Positions 28,692 through 36,863 of a stretch of DNA of 64,000 bases are shown in pieces (the first letter of the stretch is position 1; every line of letters starts with the position of its first letter). The stretch covers positions 7,089-71,088 of the forward strand of contig CAWHGS010000019.1 of NCBI GenBank assembly GCA_963828805.1. Reading direction: 5' to 3'. The notes under the pieces are model-generated. The model saw only the letters and a program-made list of their open reading frames with translations. It was not told the DNA's origin and made no database searches. Position numbers and translations under genes: made by a program. The DNA is from an uncultured delta proteobacterium. Lineage in GTDB: Bacteria > Desulfobacterota > BSN033 > UBA1163.

Positions 28692-29690
28692 ATGAAGATT
28701 GGAAACCTGCAGATCGATCATCCCCTTTTTCTTGCTCCTCTGTCAGGGATTACCGATTACCCTTTTCGTAAGCTGGCGCAGGAGTTCGGCTGCGGCCTGG
28801 TTTTTACGGAGATGGTGAGTGCCGAGGGGCTGCTGCGGAAGGGGAAGCCTTTTTTGAAAATGGGAGAGGACGAACATCCGGTTTTCGTTCAGCTCAGCGG
28901 CTCGAGCCCGGATGCCCTGGCCCGGGCGGCTGAGATGGCTGAGGAGGCGGGGGCTGACGGGATCGACATCAACATGGGATGCCCATCCAAAAAGGTGACG
29001 GATACAGGAGCGGGAGCCGACCTGATGCGTTTCCCTGACAGAATTGAGGCGATCTTGGAAGGGGTGAGAAAAAGGATTCGATCTCCTCTTACGATCAAGA
29101 TCCGCTCAGGGTGGGATGCCGATCATGTCAATGCGATTGAAATCTCCAGGATCGCGGAGAACTGCGGCGTGAATGCGGTCACGCTCCACCCGAGGACAAG
29201 GGCTCAATGGTTCCATGGCAAGGCGGATTGGAAACTGATCGGTGAGGTGAAGAAGGCGATTCGAATTCCAGTCATTGGAAACGGAGACGTGACCACTCCT
29301 TTGCGGACGAAGAAGATGCTGGAGGAGACCGGATGCGATGGGGTCATGATCGGTAAAGGAGCCCTCGGAAATCCGTGGATCTTCGATCCCGGGAACCGGT
29401 GGTCCATCGAAGACGGGACGGCCATCGTTCCATCTCTGGAGGAAAGGAGAAGAGTGGTCGATCGGCATTATCTCCTGCTTCAGGGTTATTATGGCGATCC
29501 GGAAGCAGTCAAAGAGGTCCGGAGGCATGTTGTCTGGTATACCCGAGGCCTTCCGAAGAGCGCCTCTTTTCGGTCCACGATCTTAGGGGTCAGGGAGAAA
29601 GAAGTCCTGTTTAAGACGATCCAATCCTATTTCGATTCGGTTGAGAGGAAAATGGAATGCCCACCTATCGGGTTGGAGAAAATGGAATAA
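28692..29690 (+). CDS. dusB: tRNA-dihydrouridine synthase
   Basis: ORF 28656-29690, with the start MKIGNLQIDHPLFLAPLSGITDYPFR at 28692. TEMVSAEGL, DINMGCP and a TIM-barrel Dus pattern. Confidence 0.85.
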   Translation: MKIGNLQIDHPLFLAPLSGITDYPFRKLAQEFGCGLVFTEMVSAEGLLRKGKPFLKMGEDEHPVFVQLSGSSPDALARAAEMAEEAGADGIDINMGCPSKKVTDTGAGADLMRFPDRIEAILEGVRKRIRSPLTIKIRSGWDADHVNAIEISRIAENCGVNAVTLHPRTRAQWFHGKADWKLIGEVKKAIRIPVIGNGDVTTPLRTKKMLEETGCDGVMIGKGALGNPWIFDPGNRWSIEDGTAIVPSLEERRRVVDRHYLLLQGYYGDPEAVKEVRRHVVWYTRGLPKSASFRSTILGVREKEVLFKTIQSYFDSVERKMECPPIGLEKME

Positions 29691-30433
29691 GTTACTGGAC
29701 CGACAAAAAGGATGGTTCAGAAGGGAGGGAGACGATCCTCTTTATCCACGGGGCAGGAGGAGGTCAGTTATCCTGGGTTTTTCAAAAGGGTTTTTTTGAG
29801 AAGGAGTTTCATCCCGTCGTCATCGAGCTCCCCGGTCACGGAGAGTCCGGAGGCGAAGGAGAGGAAGAGATCGGGAGATACGCCGAGCACGTCTATGGTT
29901 TTTTGAAAGCCCTGAATCTCCGGCGCCTCCTCCTGGTAGGCCATTCCATGGGCGGGGCGATTGTCCAGGCCCTGGCCGTGACCCATCCGGAGATCGTGCG
30001 GGGAATCGTGCTGGTGGGAACAGGCGCGAGACTGAAGGTTTTGCCTGCGGTTCTGGATGGAATCAACAAGAATTTTGAGGAGACGGTGAGGAGGATTGTT
30101 CAGTACGCCTTCTCCCGTAAGGCCTCTCCGGAGCTGATCGAGGCAGGGGCTGACTATCTTCTGGGCTGCCGTCCCCGGGTCCTCTATGGCGATTTCCTGG
30201 CCTGTGATCGGTTCGATTTTATGAAGGAAGTGAGTAAAATTGATCTGCCTGCTCTGATTCTCTGCGGAGCGGAGGACGAAATGACCCCGGTCAAGTATTC
30301 CGAATTTCTCCATCAGCACATCCGGCCCTCACGGCTCGGGATTCTTCCGGGCGCAGGCCATATGGTGATGATGGAATCCCCTGAGGCCTTCAACCGAGAG
30401 GTCAGAGAGTTTATTCGAGGTATCCGTCCATGA
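29657..30433 (+). CDS. alpha/beta-fold hydrolase
   Basis: 258 aa with the LFIHGAGGG and GHSMGG nucleophile elbow and a C-terminal GAGHMVMME. Confidence 0.8.
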   Translation: MPTYRVGENGISYWTDKKDGSEGRETILFIHGAGGGQLSWVFQKGFFEKEFHPVVIELPGHGESGGEGEEEIGRYAEHVYGFLKALNLRRLLLVGHSMGGAIVQALAVTHPEIVRGIVLVGTGARLKVLPAVLDGINKNFEETVRRIVQYAFSRKASPELIEAGADYLLGCRPRVLYGDFLACDRFDFMKEVSKIDLPALILCGAEDEMTPVKYSEFLHQHIRPSRLGILPGAGHMVMMESPEAFNREVREFIRGIRP

Positions 30434-31323
30434 GACAATGGGTGGCACTGACCCTTCTCATCCCTCAGGAATTCCTGGAGCCGGTCTCTAATTTCCTGAT
30501 GGAGCAAGGAGCCACAGGTCTGGAAGAGGAGATGAGGGAAGATTCAAAAGAGATCGTGCTGAAGGCTTATTTTCCGAGAGACGGGCGAGAGAAGAAAGCG
30601 ATAGCGAGCCTTCATCGGTATATGAGATCTCTTACCACTGTTTTCTCAAAGAAGGTTTCTTACCGGATGTCGACCGCCGTCATACCGGAACAGGATTGGG
30701 GTGAGAATTGGAAGCAATTTTTCAAGCCTGTTCGAATCGGATCAACATTGGTCGTGTTTCCTCCCTGGGAGAAGGCCCGACTGAAAAAAGGCCGGATCCC
30801 GGTGGAGATTACTCCCGGTATGGCTTTTGGCACTGGAACCCATGGAACGACCCAGCTCTGCATTGAGGCCCTGGAGAAAAAGGTGAGGAGACGAAAGGGA
30901 ACCTCTGTCCTCGATGTCGGAACGGGTTCTGGAATTCTGGCCATCGTTGCGGCCAAACTCGGCGCTCAAGAAGTGTGGGGCATCGATACGGACCCGGTGG
31001 CGGTTGAGGTTGCCAGAGAAAACGTGGAGAGAAATGGCGTCAGGGACAGGGTCAGAATCAGAAAAGGAGACGTCCGGAGAATTCAGAAAACATTTGACGT
31101 CGTGGTGGCCAACATCGATTTTAAGGGTCTGAAAAGGTTGAAACTCCCGCTTCTGCGCCACTTGAACGGCAGAGGTTTTCTTATCCTTTCAGGGATTTTG
31201 AAGGAGGAGGAAGACAGGATACGTCACGACTATCTGGAGACCCGGGCCCTCCGTGTTGTTGAGATGAAGCATCGAGAGGAATGGGCCTGTCTCGTCTTTA
31301 GACGAACGGAAATAAAACAATGA
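30430..31323 (+). CDS. prmA: ribosomal protein L11 methyltransferase
   Basis: 297 aa with WKQFFKPVRIG...VFPPWE and LDVGTGSGILAIVAAKLGA...GIDTDPVAV. Confidence 0.85.
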   Translation: MRQWVALTLLIPQEFLEPVSNFLMEQGATGLEEEMREDSKEIVLKAYFPRDGREKKAIASLHRYMRSLTTVFSKKVSYRMSTAVIPEQDWGENWKQFFKPVRIGSTLVVFPPWEKARLKKGRIPVEITPGMAFGTGTHGTTQLCIEALEKKVRRRKGTSVLDVGTGSGILAIVAAKLGAQEVWGIDTDPVAVEVARENVERNGVRDRVRIRKGDVRRIQKTFDVVVANIDFKGLKRLKLPLLRHLNGRGFLILSGILKEEEDRIRHDYLETRALRVVEMKHREEWACLVFRRTEIKQ

Positions 31324-31339
31324 ATTGAAAGGTTCAGAG

Positions 31340-32077
31340 ATGGCCCGATTTTACGTTGCCCGTCCCCGGGTCGAAGAGGGGATCCTGAAGGTCGAAGGGG
31401 ATGAGGTCAGGCATATTCGAAAAGTCCTACGGCTCAGAAGGGGTGATGAAATCCATGTCTTTGATGGTTCAGGAATGGAGTATGAGGGCACGATTGCCGA
31501 GGAGGGACCTTTCTCGGTTTCCATTCGGGTTCGAAATATCTTTCCTTCTCAAAAGGAGTCCGGTTTAGAGATCACATTGGCCCAGAGCTTATTGAAGGGA
31601 GAAAAGATGGATTACCTGGTCCAGAAAGCGATCGAACTCGGGATTAAAAGGATCGTTCCCTTTCTCTCCTCCCGTTCCATTCCCCTCTTGGAGGAGACGA
31701 AACGGCTGGAACGCCATAAGCGATGGGAGAAGATTGCCATTGGAGCCTCCAAGCAATGCGGAAGGGGGGTCCTCCCGAAAATAGATCCTCCCGTATCCTT
31801 TCTTAAAATGCTGGAGATCGCGCCAAAGGATTCGTTGCGGCTCATTCTCTGGGAAAAGGAAGGAGAGAGGCTGAAGGAAGTCCTGGGGAAAAAGGAGAGA
31901 GAAAAAGAGGTCTTTTTTATTGTTGGACCGGAAGGAGGCATGAGTCAGGAAGAGGTTGAGGAGGCGGAGAAAGCTCATTTCATCCCGATCACTTTGGGGA
32001 AAAGAATACTGAGATCTGAGACGTCAAGTCTCTGTCTCCTGAGTATCCTCCAGTATGAATGGGGGGATATGGGATAA
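31340..32077 (+). CDS. rsmE: 16S rRNA (uracil1498-N3)-methyltransferase
   Basis: ORF 31325-32077, with the start MARFYVARP at 31340. HIRKVLRLRRGDEI and C-terminal GPEGG...LGKRILRSETS. Confidence 0.85.
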   Translation: MARFYVARPRVEEGILKVEGDEVRHIRKVLRLRRGDEIHVFDGSGMEYEGTIAEEGPFSVSIRVRNIFPSQKESGLEITLAQSLLKGEKMDYLVQKAIELGIKRIVPFLSSRSIPLLEETKRLERHKRWEKIAIGASKQCGRGVLPKIDPPVSFLKMLEIAPKDSLRLILWEKEGERLKEVLGKKEREKEVFFIVGPEGGMSQEEVEEAEKAHFIPITLGKRILRSETSSLCLLSILQYEWGDMG

Positions 32078-32082
32078 AAAAA

Positions 32083-32110
32083 GGCCGGCTCCAATAGAAC
32101 CGGCCCTTTT
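32083..32110. terminator. bidirectional rho-independent terminator
   Basis: GGCCGG...CCGGCC stem flanked by A7 on the left and T4 on the right. Read on the minus strand, the hairpin is followed by TTTTTTT. It sits between the convergent rsmE and the small minus-strand ORF. Confidence 0.75.
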
Positions 32111-32157
32111 AAAGAAAGGAGGGGTATGAAGCCTGCCTCTGGCAAGCGGGGAAGTCT

Positions 32158-32295
32158 TTAGGCCGCCTTTTTTTCGAGATTGCTTGTGAATTCTTTAAAA
32201 GACTTGCAATCCTGAGCGAGTTTGCATTTCCTCTGGCATACCTCAACGTGAACCTTTGGATTGCCTTTTCTCTTTTCGCACACGAGATAATTCAT
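32158..32295 (-). CDS. 45-aa Lys/Cys-rich small protein (below the ORF-track cutoff)
   Basis: MNYLVCEKRKGNPKVHVEVCQRKCKLAQDCKSFKEFTSNLEKKAA. AGGGGG lies 6-7 nt before the ATG. It has its own promoter-like and terminator signals. Cys pattern C6-x13-C20-x3-C24-x5-C30. Confidence 0.45.
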   Translation of the reverse strand: MNYLVCEKRKGNPKVHVEVCQRKCKLAQDCKSFKEFTSNLEKKAA

Positions 32296-32329
32296 CAAGG
32301 CCCCCTTATTCGTTTCTAATCTGAACTAA

Positions 32330-32359
32330 ATATTAACACGCAAGTCATAAATCTGTCAA
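32330..32359 (-). promoter_or_regulatory. candidate sigma70-type promoter of the small ORF
   Basis: Minus strand reads TTGACA (32359-32354), an 18-nt spacer, then TAATAT (32335-32330). An A/T-rich tract lies upstream. Confidence 0.5.
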
Positions 32360-32676
32360 GAAAAAAATTGGATTGTTACTGATTTATTATCGTTAAATTT
32401 CAATAGGTTATAAATTTAAAAATAAGTAAAATAATAATTTTTGTCTCAATTCCAATGATATTATGTAATATATCGTTATTCTTTAACCTGATGGCAGCAA
32501 GGGAAATGAGAGGATATAATTAATGTAAGTACTTTTAATTAAAAGGGTTTACGAATTATTAGTTGCAAAGAGACTCTTTCCCTTCTGTCGTGATTTCGAG
32601 GCGTGCGGTGTCCGGCATCCACTGTGGTGACTTTGGGCATGGAAATCTCTGTGGCATCCGTACCCGGTGGGTGATG

Positions 32677-33975
32677 TTAGGGGCCTGTTGCGAATCCAAA
32701 TAGTTTTGGCAGCCAGAGGCTGCAAAACGGAACATAAGTAATCATCAGAATGATGATCGTCTTTATCATCAAAAAAGGAAGAAGCTCCCTGACCAGCGGT
32801 TCCATCTTCACCTTTCCTACAGCCTGGGTTGCAAAGAGGACAATCCCTACAGGAGGAGTGATATTTCCGAAATTGACGTTCATGACAAAGATCATGGAAA
32901 AATGAATCGGATCGATCCCAATGGAGTATGCCAGGGGGGCCATGATGGGACCGAATAAAAGAATGTTCGCTGTCACATCGAGCCACATTCCCATCCAGAG
33001 CAGGAAGACGTTCATGATAAGGAGAATGAGCCATGGATAGGGCTTTAAGCCTGTAAAGAGATTCAAAACCTGCTGGGGAACCTGCATCATGGCAAAGGCC
33101 CAGCCGAGAATACTGGCACAGGCGATCACAAAAAAGAGGGTTCCCGAACTATAGGCAGCGTTAAAGAGAACCCTCGGGATTTCCTTAAAATTCATCTTCC
33201 GGTAAATGAAGATTCCTACCAGCAGGGCATAGGCAGCAGCGACAGCAGCCGCTTCCGTTGGCGTAAAGATACCCAGAAAGATTCCTCCCAGTATGATCAA
33301 CGGCATGATGAGGGCGAGTGCCGCATCACGGGTTCCGATCGCCAATTCTTTCACTGAAATAGCCTCTTGCCGTCGTGGATAATTTCGCTTTTTGGCCAGG
33401 TAATGGACGATCACCATATCTCCCACGATCAGGAGAAGTCCGGGGATGATGGCGGCGGCATACATTGCGCCAATGGATGTGTTCATAACGGCCGCATAAA
33501 TGACGATGATAATGCTCGGGGGGATAATGGGATCAGCCACTGCTGAAGCGGCGGTAAGAGCGCACGCAAAACTCTTTCCGTACCCTTCTTTTTCAAGGTT
33601 CGGGATGAAAATCGTTCCCAGGGCAGCGATGTCTCCCAGGGCACTTCCGCTGATTCCACCAAAAACCGCTGTGGTGACCAGCTGGGCCTGCGCAAGGCCT
33701 CCCGGAAGTTTTCCCACAACAGCCCTGGCCCATCGAACGAGCCGCTCGGTCAGGCCCGTTGAGTTCATGAGGTCTCCGGCGAGGATATAGAGAGGGACGC
33801 ATATAAAGACGAAGGAATCCATCCCCTTAAAGATCCGGGTCACGACCATGGGGAAGTAATCAAGACCATTGGTTAAAAGGAAATAGACCATTCCGGTAAC
33901 GCCCATGGATACAGCGATGGACTGCCCCAAAGCCATCAGAAGAACTAAGACGAGGGAGACGAATAAGAGGGTCAC
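32677..33975 (-). CDS. dctM: TRAP transporter large permease
   Basis: ORF 32677-34197. Likely GTG start at 33975 (GTGA overlap with the dctQ stop), giving a 432-aa polytopic protein. Confidence 0.85.
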   Translation of the reverse strand: MTLLFVSLVLVLLMALGQSIAVSMGVTGMVYFLLTNGLDYFPMVVTRIFKGMDSFVFICVPLYILAGDLMNSTGLTERLVRWARAVVGKLPGGLAQAQLVTTAVFGGISGSALGDIAALGTIFIPNLEKEGYGKSFACALTAASAVADPIIPPSIIIVIYAAVMNTSIGAMYAAAIIPGLLLIVGDMVIVHYLAKKRNYPRRQEAISVKELAIGTRDAALALIMPLIILGGIFLGIFTPTEAAAVAAAYALLVGIFIYRKMNFKEIPRVLFNAAYSSGTLFFVIACASILGWAFAMMQVPQQVLNLFTGLKPYPWLILLIMNVFLLWMGMWLDVTANILLFGPIMAPLAYSIGIDPIHFSMIFVMNVNFGNITPPVGIVLFATQAVGKVKMEPLVRELLPFLMIKTIIILMITYVPFCSLWLPKLFGFATGP

Positions 33976-34484
33976 GGCTCCTCCCGAACCTCCTTCTCTC
34001 CGCGTCTCTTCAAGAGGCGGAGGATGAAAAAGGTGAGGTTCAGGAGCATGAGCGCCCCCCCTACGGGAACGGCGAGATAGGGAAGGAACATGGTAATTTG
34101 GAGGCCCGGGGAAATGGTAAAGAAACCGAGTTTCGCAAAGGGGATTCCCCAGAGGATGATGGAGAGGATGAAAAGACCGGTGATCAGGCTTACCCACAGG
34201 CTCAGAGAAACCTGAAGGCGAGGCCTCATTCGCTGGGTGAGAAAATCGATATTGAAGTGTTCTCCATTTTTAAAAGCGAGACCCGAGGCAAGAAGAGCCA
34301 TCCAAATCATGAGATAACGGGCCGCCTCTTCGGTCCATGGGGCAGAGATTTTGAACACATAGCGAAACAGAATCTGGGCCATGGCTAACAGGAAGATCGC
34401 CCCGCTGGCAACGATACAGACCCGTTTCGCCCAGAGGTTGATCTTTTCGACCACCGATGAAAAACGATCCATGATTCTTACCAT
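33972..34484 (-). CDS. dctQ: TRAP transporter small permease
   Basis: ORF 33972-34586, with the likely start MVRIMDRFSS... Four hydrophobic segments, positioned between dctP and dctM. Confidence 0.75.
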   Translation of the reverse strand: MVRIMDRFSSVVEKINLWAKRVCIVASGAIFLLAMAQILFRYVFKISAPWTEEAARYLMIWMALLASGLAFKNGEHFNIDFLTQRMRPRLQVSLSLWVSLITGLFILSIILWGIPFAKLGFFTISPGLQITMFLPYLAVPVGGALMLLNLTFFILRLLKRRGEKEVREEP

Positions 34485-34649
34485 TGAAATCGGCGCCCAA
34501 AATAATTGCGGGATGGCGAAGCAATCTCGGGGACCATGAGATTGCTTCGCCTGCGTGCCGTTCAGGACTTCGGCGTGCCTGCACACCCTTCGTGCTCACT
34601 TTAATAAGAGGCTGTGTCACAACATGAAAAAACCACCTCTGCCTTCTTT

Positions 34650-35684
34650 CTATCGGTACCCTAATTCCTTCTCGGCCTGCTCCGTGGCCTTGAAAGCTTT
34701 ATCAATCCATGCCTTGTCGATCTTCGTTTTCAGGAACTCCACCACGGGTTTTTGTGAGGCCTCTTTAAAGGTCTGCTTCTCTTTGGCCGTAGGCGCATAA
34801 ACCTTCATCCCCTTTTCCTGGATGAATTTTATTCCCTTCTGCTCGAGGGCTGTACAGACCCCCCGGTTGACCGTGGTCGAAACAAAGGCGGCCTGGTCAA
34901 TGGCGCGTTGGAGATCGGCCGGAAGCGATTTATACCACTTGTCCTGGATGATGACGCTGTTGATGCTGTAGAAATGACCATCCAGGGTCATAAATTTCTG
35001 GACCTCGTAAAGTTTGGGAACGAGAAAGGTGGGAACGGCATTCTCCTGACCGTCTGCGACTTTGGTCTGAAGGGATGTATAAAGTTCGCCCCAATCAATC
35101 GTCACAGGGAGCGCTCCCATGGCCTTGACGGTCTCCTGATGGGCCGGGTTGGGCATCACCCGGATCTTGAGGCCTTTCATGTCGGCGACGCTTTTGATCT
35201 CGCGGACATTGTTCGAAAAGCTGCGGAACCCGCCGTTTTCGGTCAGGTGGAGAAGGCGCAATCCCGTCTTTTTCACATAGGCATCCATTATCTCTTTACC
35301 AAAGGGCCCATCCAGAACCTTCCAGGCCACATCCCGATCCTGAAAAATGTAAGGGATTGAGATGACCTGAATCTCTGGAAAATGGTTGGCAATCCAGCCA
35401 TCCCCGACCTGAACTCCCTGGATGATTCCCGTCTTGACCTGCTCCACCCCGGAGGTCATGTCTCCCAGAACTCCTGCGGGATAGAGTTGAACCTCAATCC
35501 TTCCATTGGAGCGCTTCTCGATTTCCGACTTGAGAACGGCATAGGGTTCATTAAACTGAGTCCACTCCACCATGGGGCTGGGAAGGGAGATTTTCATCAC
35601 AATCTCAGCGGATTGGACAGGCATCGGAGTCGATACGGTCCCCAGAAGGATTAAGCCAATCAGACCCAACAACAGTTTTTTCAT
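34650..35684 (-). CDS. dctP: TRAP transporter substrate-binding protein
   Basis: 344 aa with a signal peptide MKKLLLGLIGLILLGTV...QSA and DctP-family core motifs (ENGGFRSFSN). Confidence 0.85.
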   Translation of the reverse strand: MKKLLLGLIGLILLGTVSTPMPVQSAEIVMKISLPSPMVEWTQFNEPYAVLKSEIEKRSNGRIEVQLYPAGVLGDMTSGVEQVKTGIIQGVQVGDGWIANHFPEIQVISIPYIFQDRDVAWKVLDGPFGKEIMDAYVKKTGLRLLHLTENGGFRSFSNNVREIKSVADMKGLKIRVMPNPAHQETVKAMGALPVTIDWGELYTSLQTKVADGQENAVPTFLVPKLYEVQKFMTLDGHFYSINSVIIQDKWYKSLPADLQRAIDQAAFVSTTVNRGVCTALEQKGIKFIQEKGMKVYAPTAKEKQTFKEASQKPVVEFLKTKIDKAWIDKAFKATEQAEKELGYR

Positions 35685-35833
35685 AAAACACCTCCAAAAG
35701 GGAATTAAGTTTCAGATATCAATGAGATATTTAACAAAATTAGGCGTTTATTTCAAGGAAAATCGATCCCGGGTCTTGATTTTCAAGGCACGGGACAAGG
35801 TTTCGATGATGTTGTTGGGGATCCCTGGGAAGA

Positions 35834-36835
35834 TTACCGGGTGGCAAGGAATGTGAATAATTCGCCGAGGACATTGGAGACGATATAAAAAGCATTTCTT
35901 TTCGATTTTAAAGAAACCCCGGTTTCCCGTATGAGGGCGCTTCTTTTACTCACTTCCTTTCGTGCCTGTTCCTTGATCTCTCCCTGGAGCGAAGAGCATT
36001 TTGAGAAATTCGAAACCAGATTTTCTGCCGTCTCATTCAATTCAACCGGTTCGGGTGAAATAGCTCCAACAAAGATCTTCACAACCGGAGCTCGCGTGTC
36101 CTCCGGAAAGGGAGGGGAAAAGCGAAGGGCCACATTGATCATGGCAAAGTCGATGGCTGCCCTGACACTGTATTTCATGAATCTCCCCCAGGTGCCGTCA
36201 GGGGGAACAGGGAGGAGAATCCCTGTCAGGAGGAGCTTTTCGTTTTCACCTGTCACATGGCGCCGAATCATGTCTTGGAGAGGAATGATTCTAAAGTTGC
36301 CCCCATCATAAAGTTCTGCCCTTGCATCAAAAGCCAACAGGACCGGGGCCGTGTCGGAATAATAAAGGGCACGGCAGGTATTGGACCCGGGAACCTGATG
36401 GCACATCTCTCCCTTTAATTTGAAGCATGCAGGCACATTCTTTCGCCAGTATTCCGATTGATTGAAATAGAGACATCTTCTTTCCTGAAAGAGGTTGCCG
36501 CCAACCGTGGCGATGTTTCGGATTTGCGGAGAGGCAACGCTGCGGACGCTCTGGGCCAGGGCAGGGAAGTATGTGTTAACCCGTGAATGGTTTGCAATCT
36601 CTGTCAAGGTGACCATCGACCCGATCCAGAGGCCCTCATCCCTGAGCGCGATCGACTTTAATGACGGGATGTTTTTTAGATCGAGCAGGGAGGCCGGTTT
36701 CTTCACTCCGTATTTGATCAGGGAGATCACATCCGTTCCTCCGGCGAGGAGAGTGATATTGTCCCCCGTCATCAGGACGTCTACTGCCTGATCCAGAGAC
36801 TCGGGAGCCTCATACGATAAACTGCCTTTTAACAT
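35834..36835 (-). CDS. FAD-binding subunit of second molybdenum hydroxylase, HcrB-like 4-Cys loop
   Basis: ORF 35834-36892, with the start MLKGSLSYE at 36835. AGGTDVISL, and VGGN followed by C121-x15-C137-x7-C145-x8-C154. Confidence 0.85.
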   Translation of the reverse strand: MLKGSLSYEAPESLDQAVDVLMTGDNITLLAGGTDVISLIKYGVKKPASLLDLKNIPSLKSIALRDEGLWIGSMVTLTEIANHSRVNTYFPALAQSVRSVASPQIRNIATVGGNLFQERRCLYFNQSEYWRKNVPACFKLKGEMCHQVPGSNTCRALYYSDTAPVLLAFDARAELYDGGNFRIIPLQDMIRRHVTGENEKLLLTGILLPVPPDGTWGRFMKYSVRAAIDFAMINVALRFSPPFPEDTRAPVVKIFVGAISPEPVELNETAENLVSNFSKCSSLQGEIKEQARKEVSKRSALIRETGVSLKSKRNAFYIVSNVLGELFTFLATR

Positions 36836-36863
36836 CGGAAGGATCCTTTTTCCCTTCTGCTTT

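Noticed and set aside
32300-32560. AT-rich island considered as a replication origin or a CRISPR leader.
   Set aside because: I found no TTATCCACA/TGTGGATAA DnaA boxes by eye, no dnaA or dnaN neighbours, and no direct-repeat and spacer periodicity.
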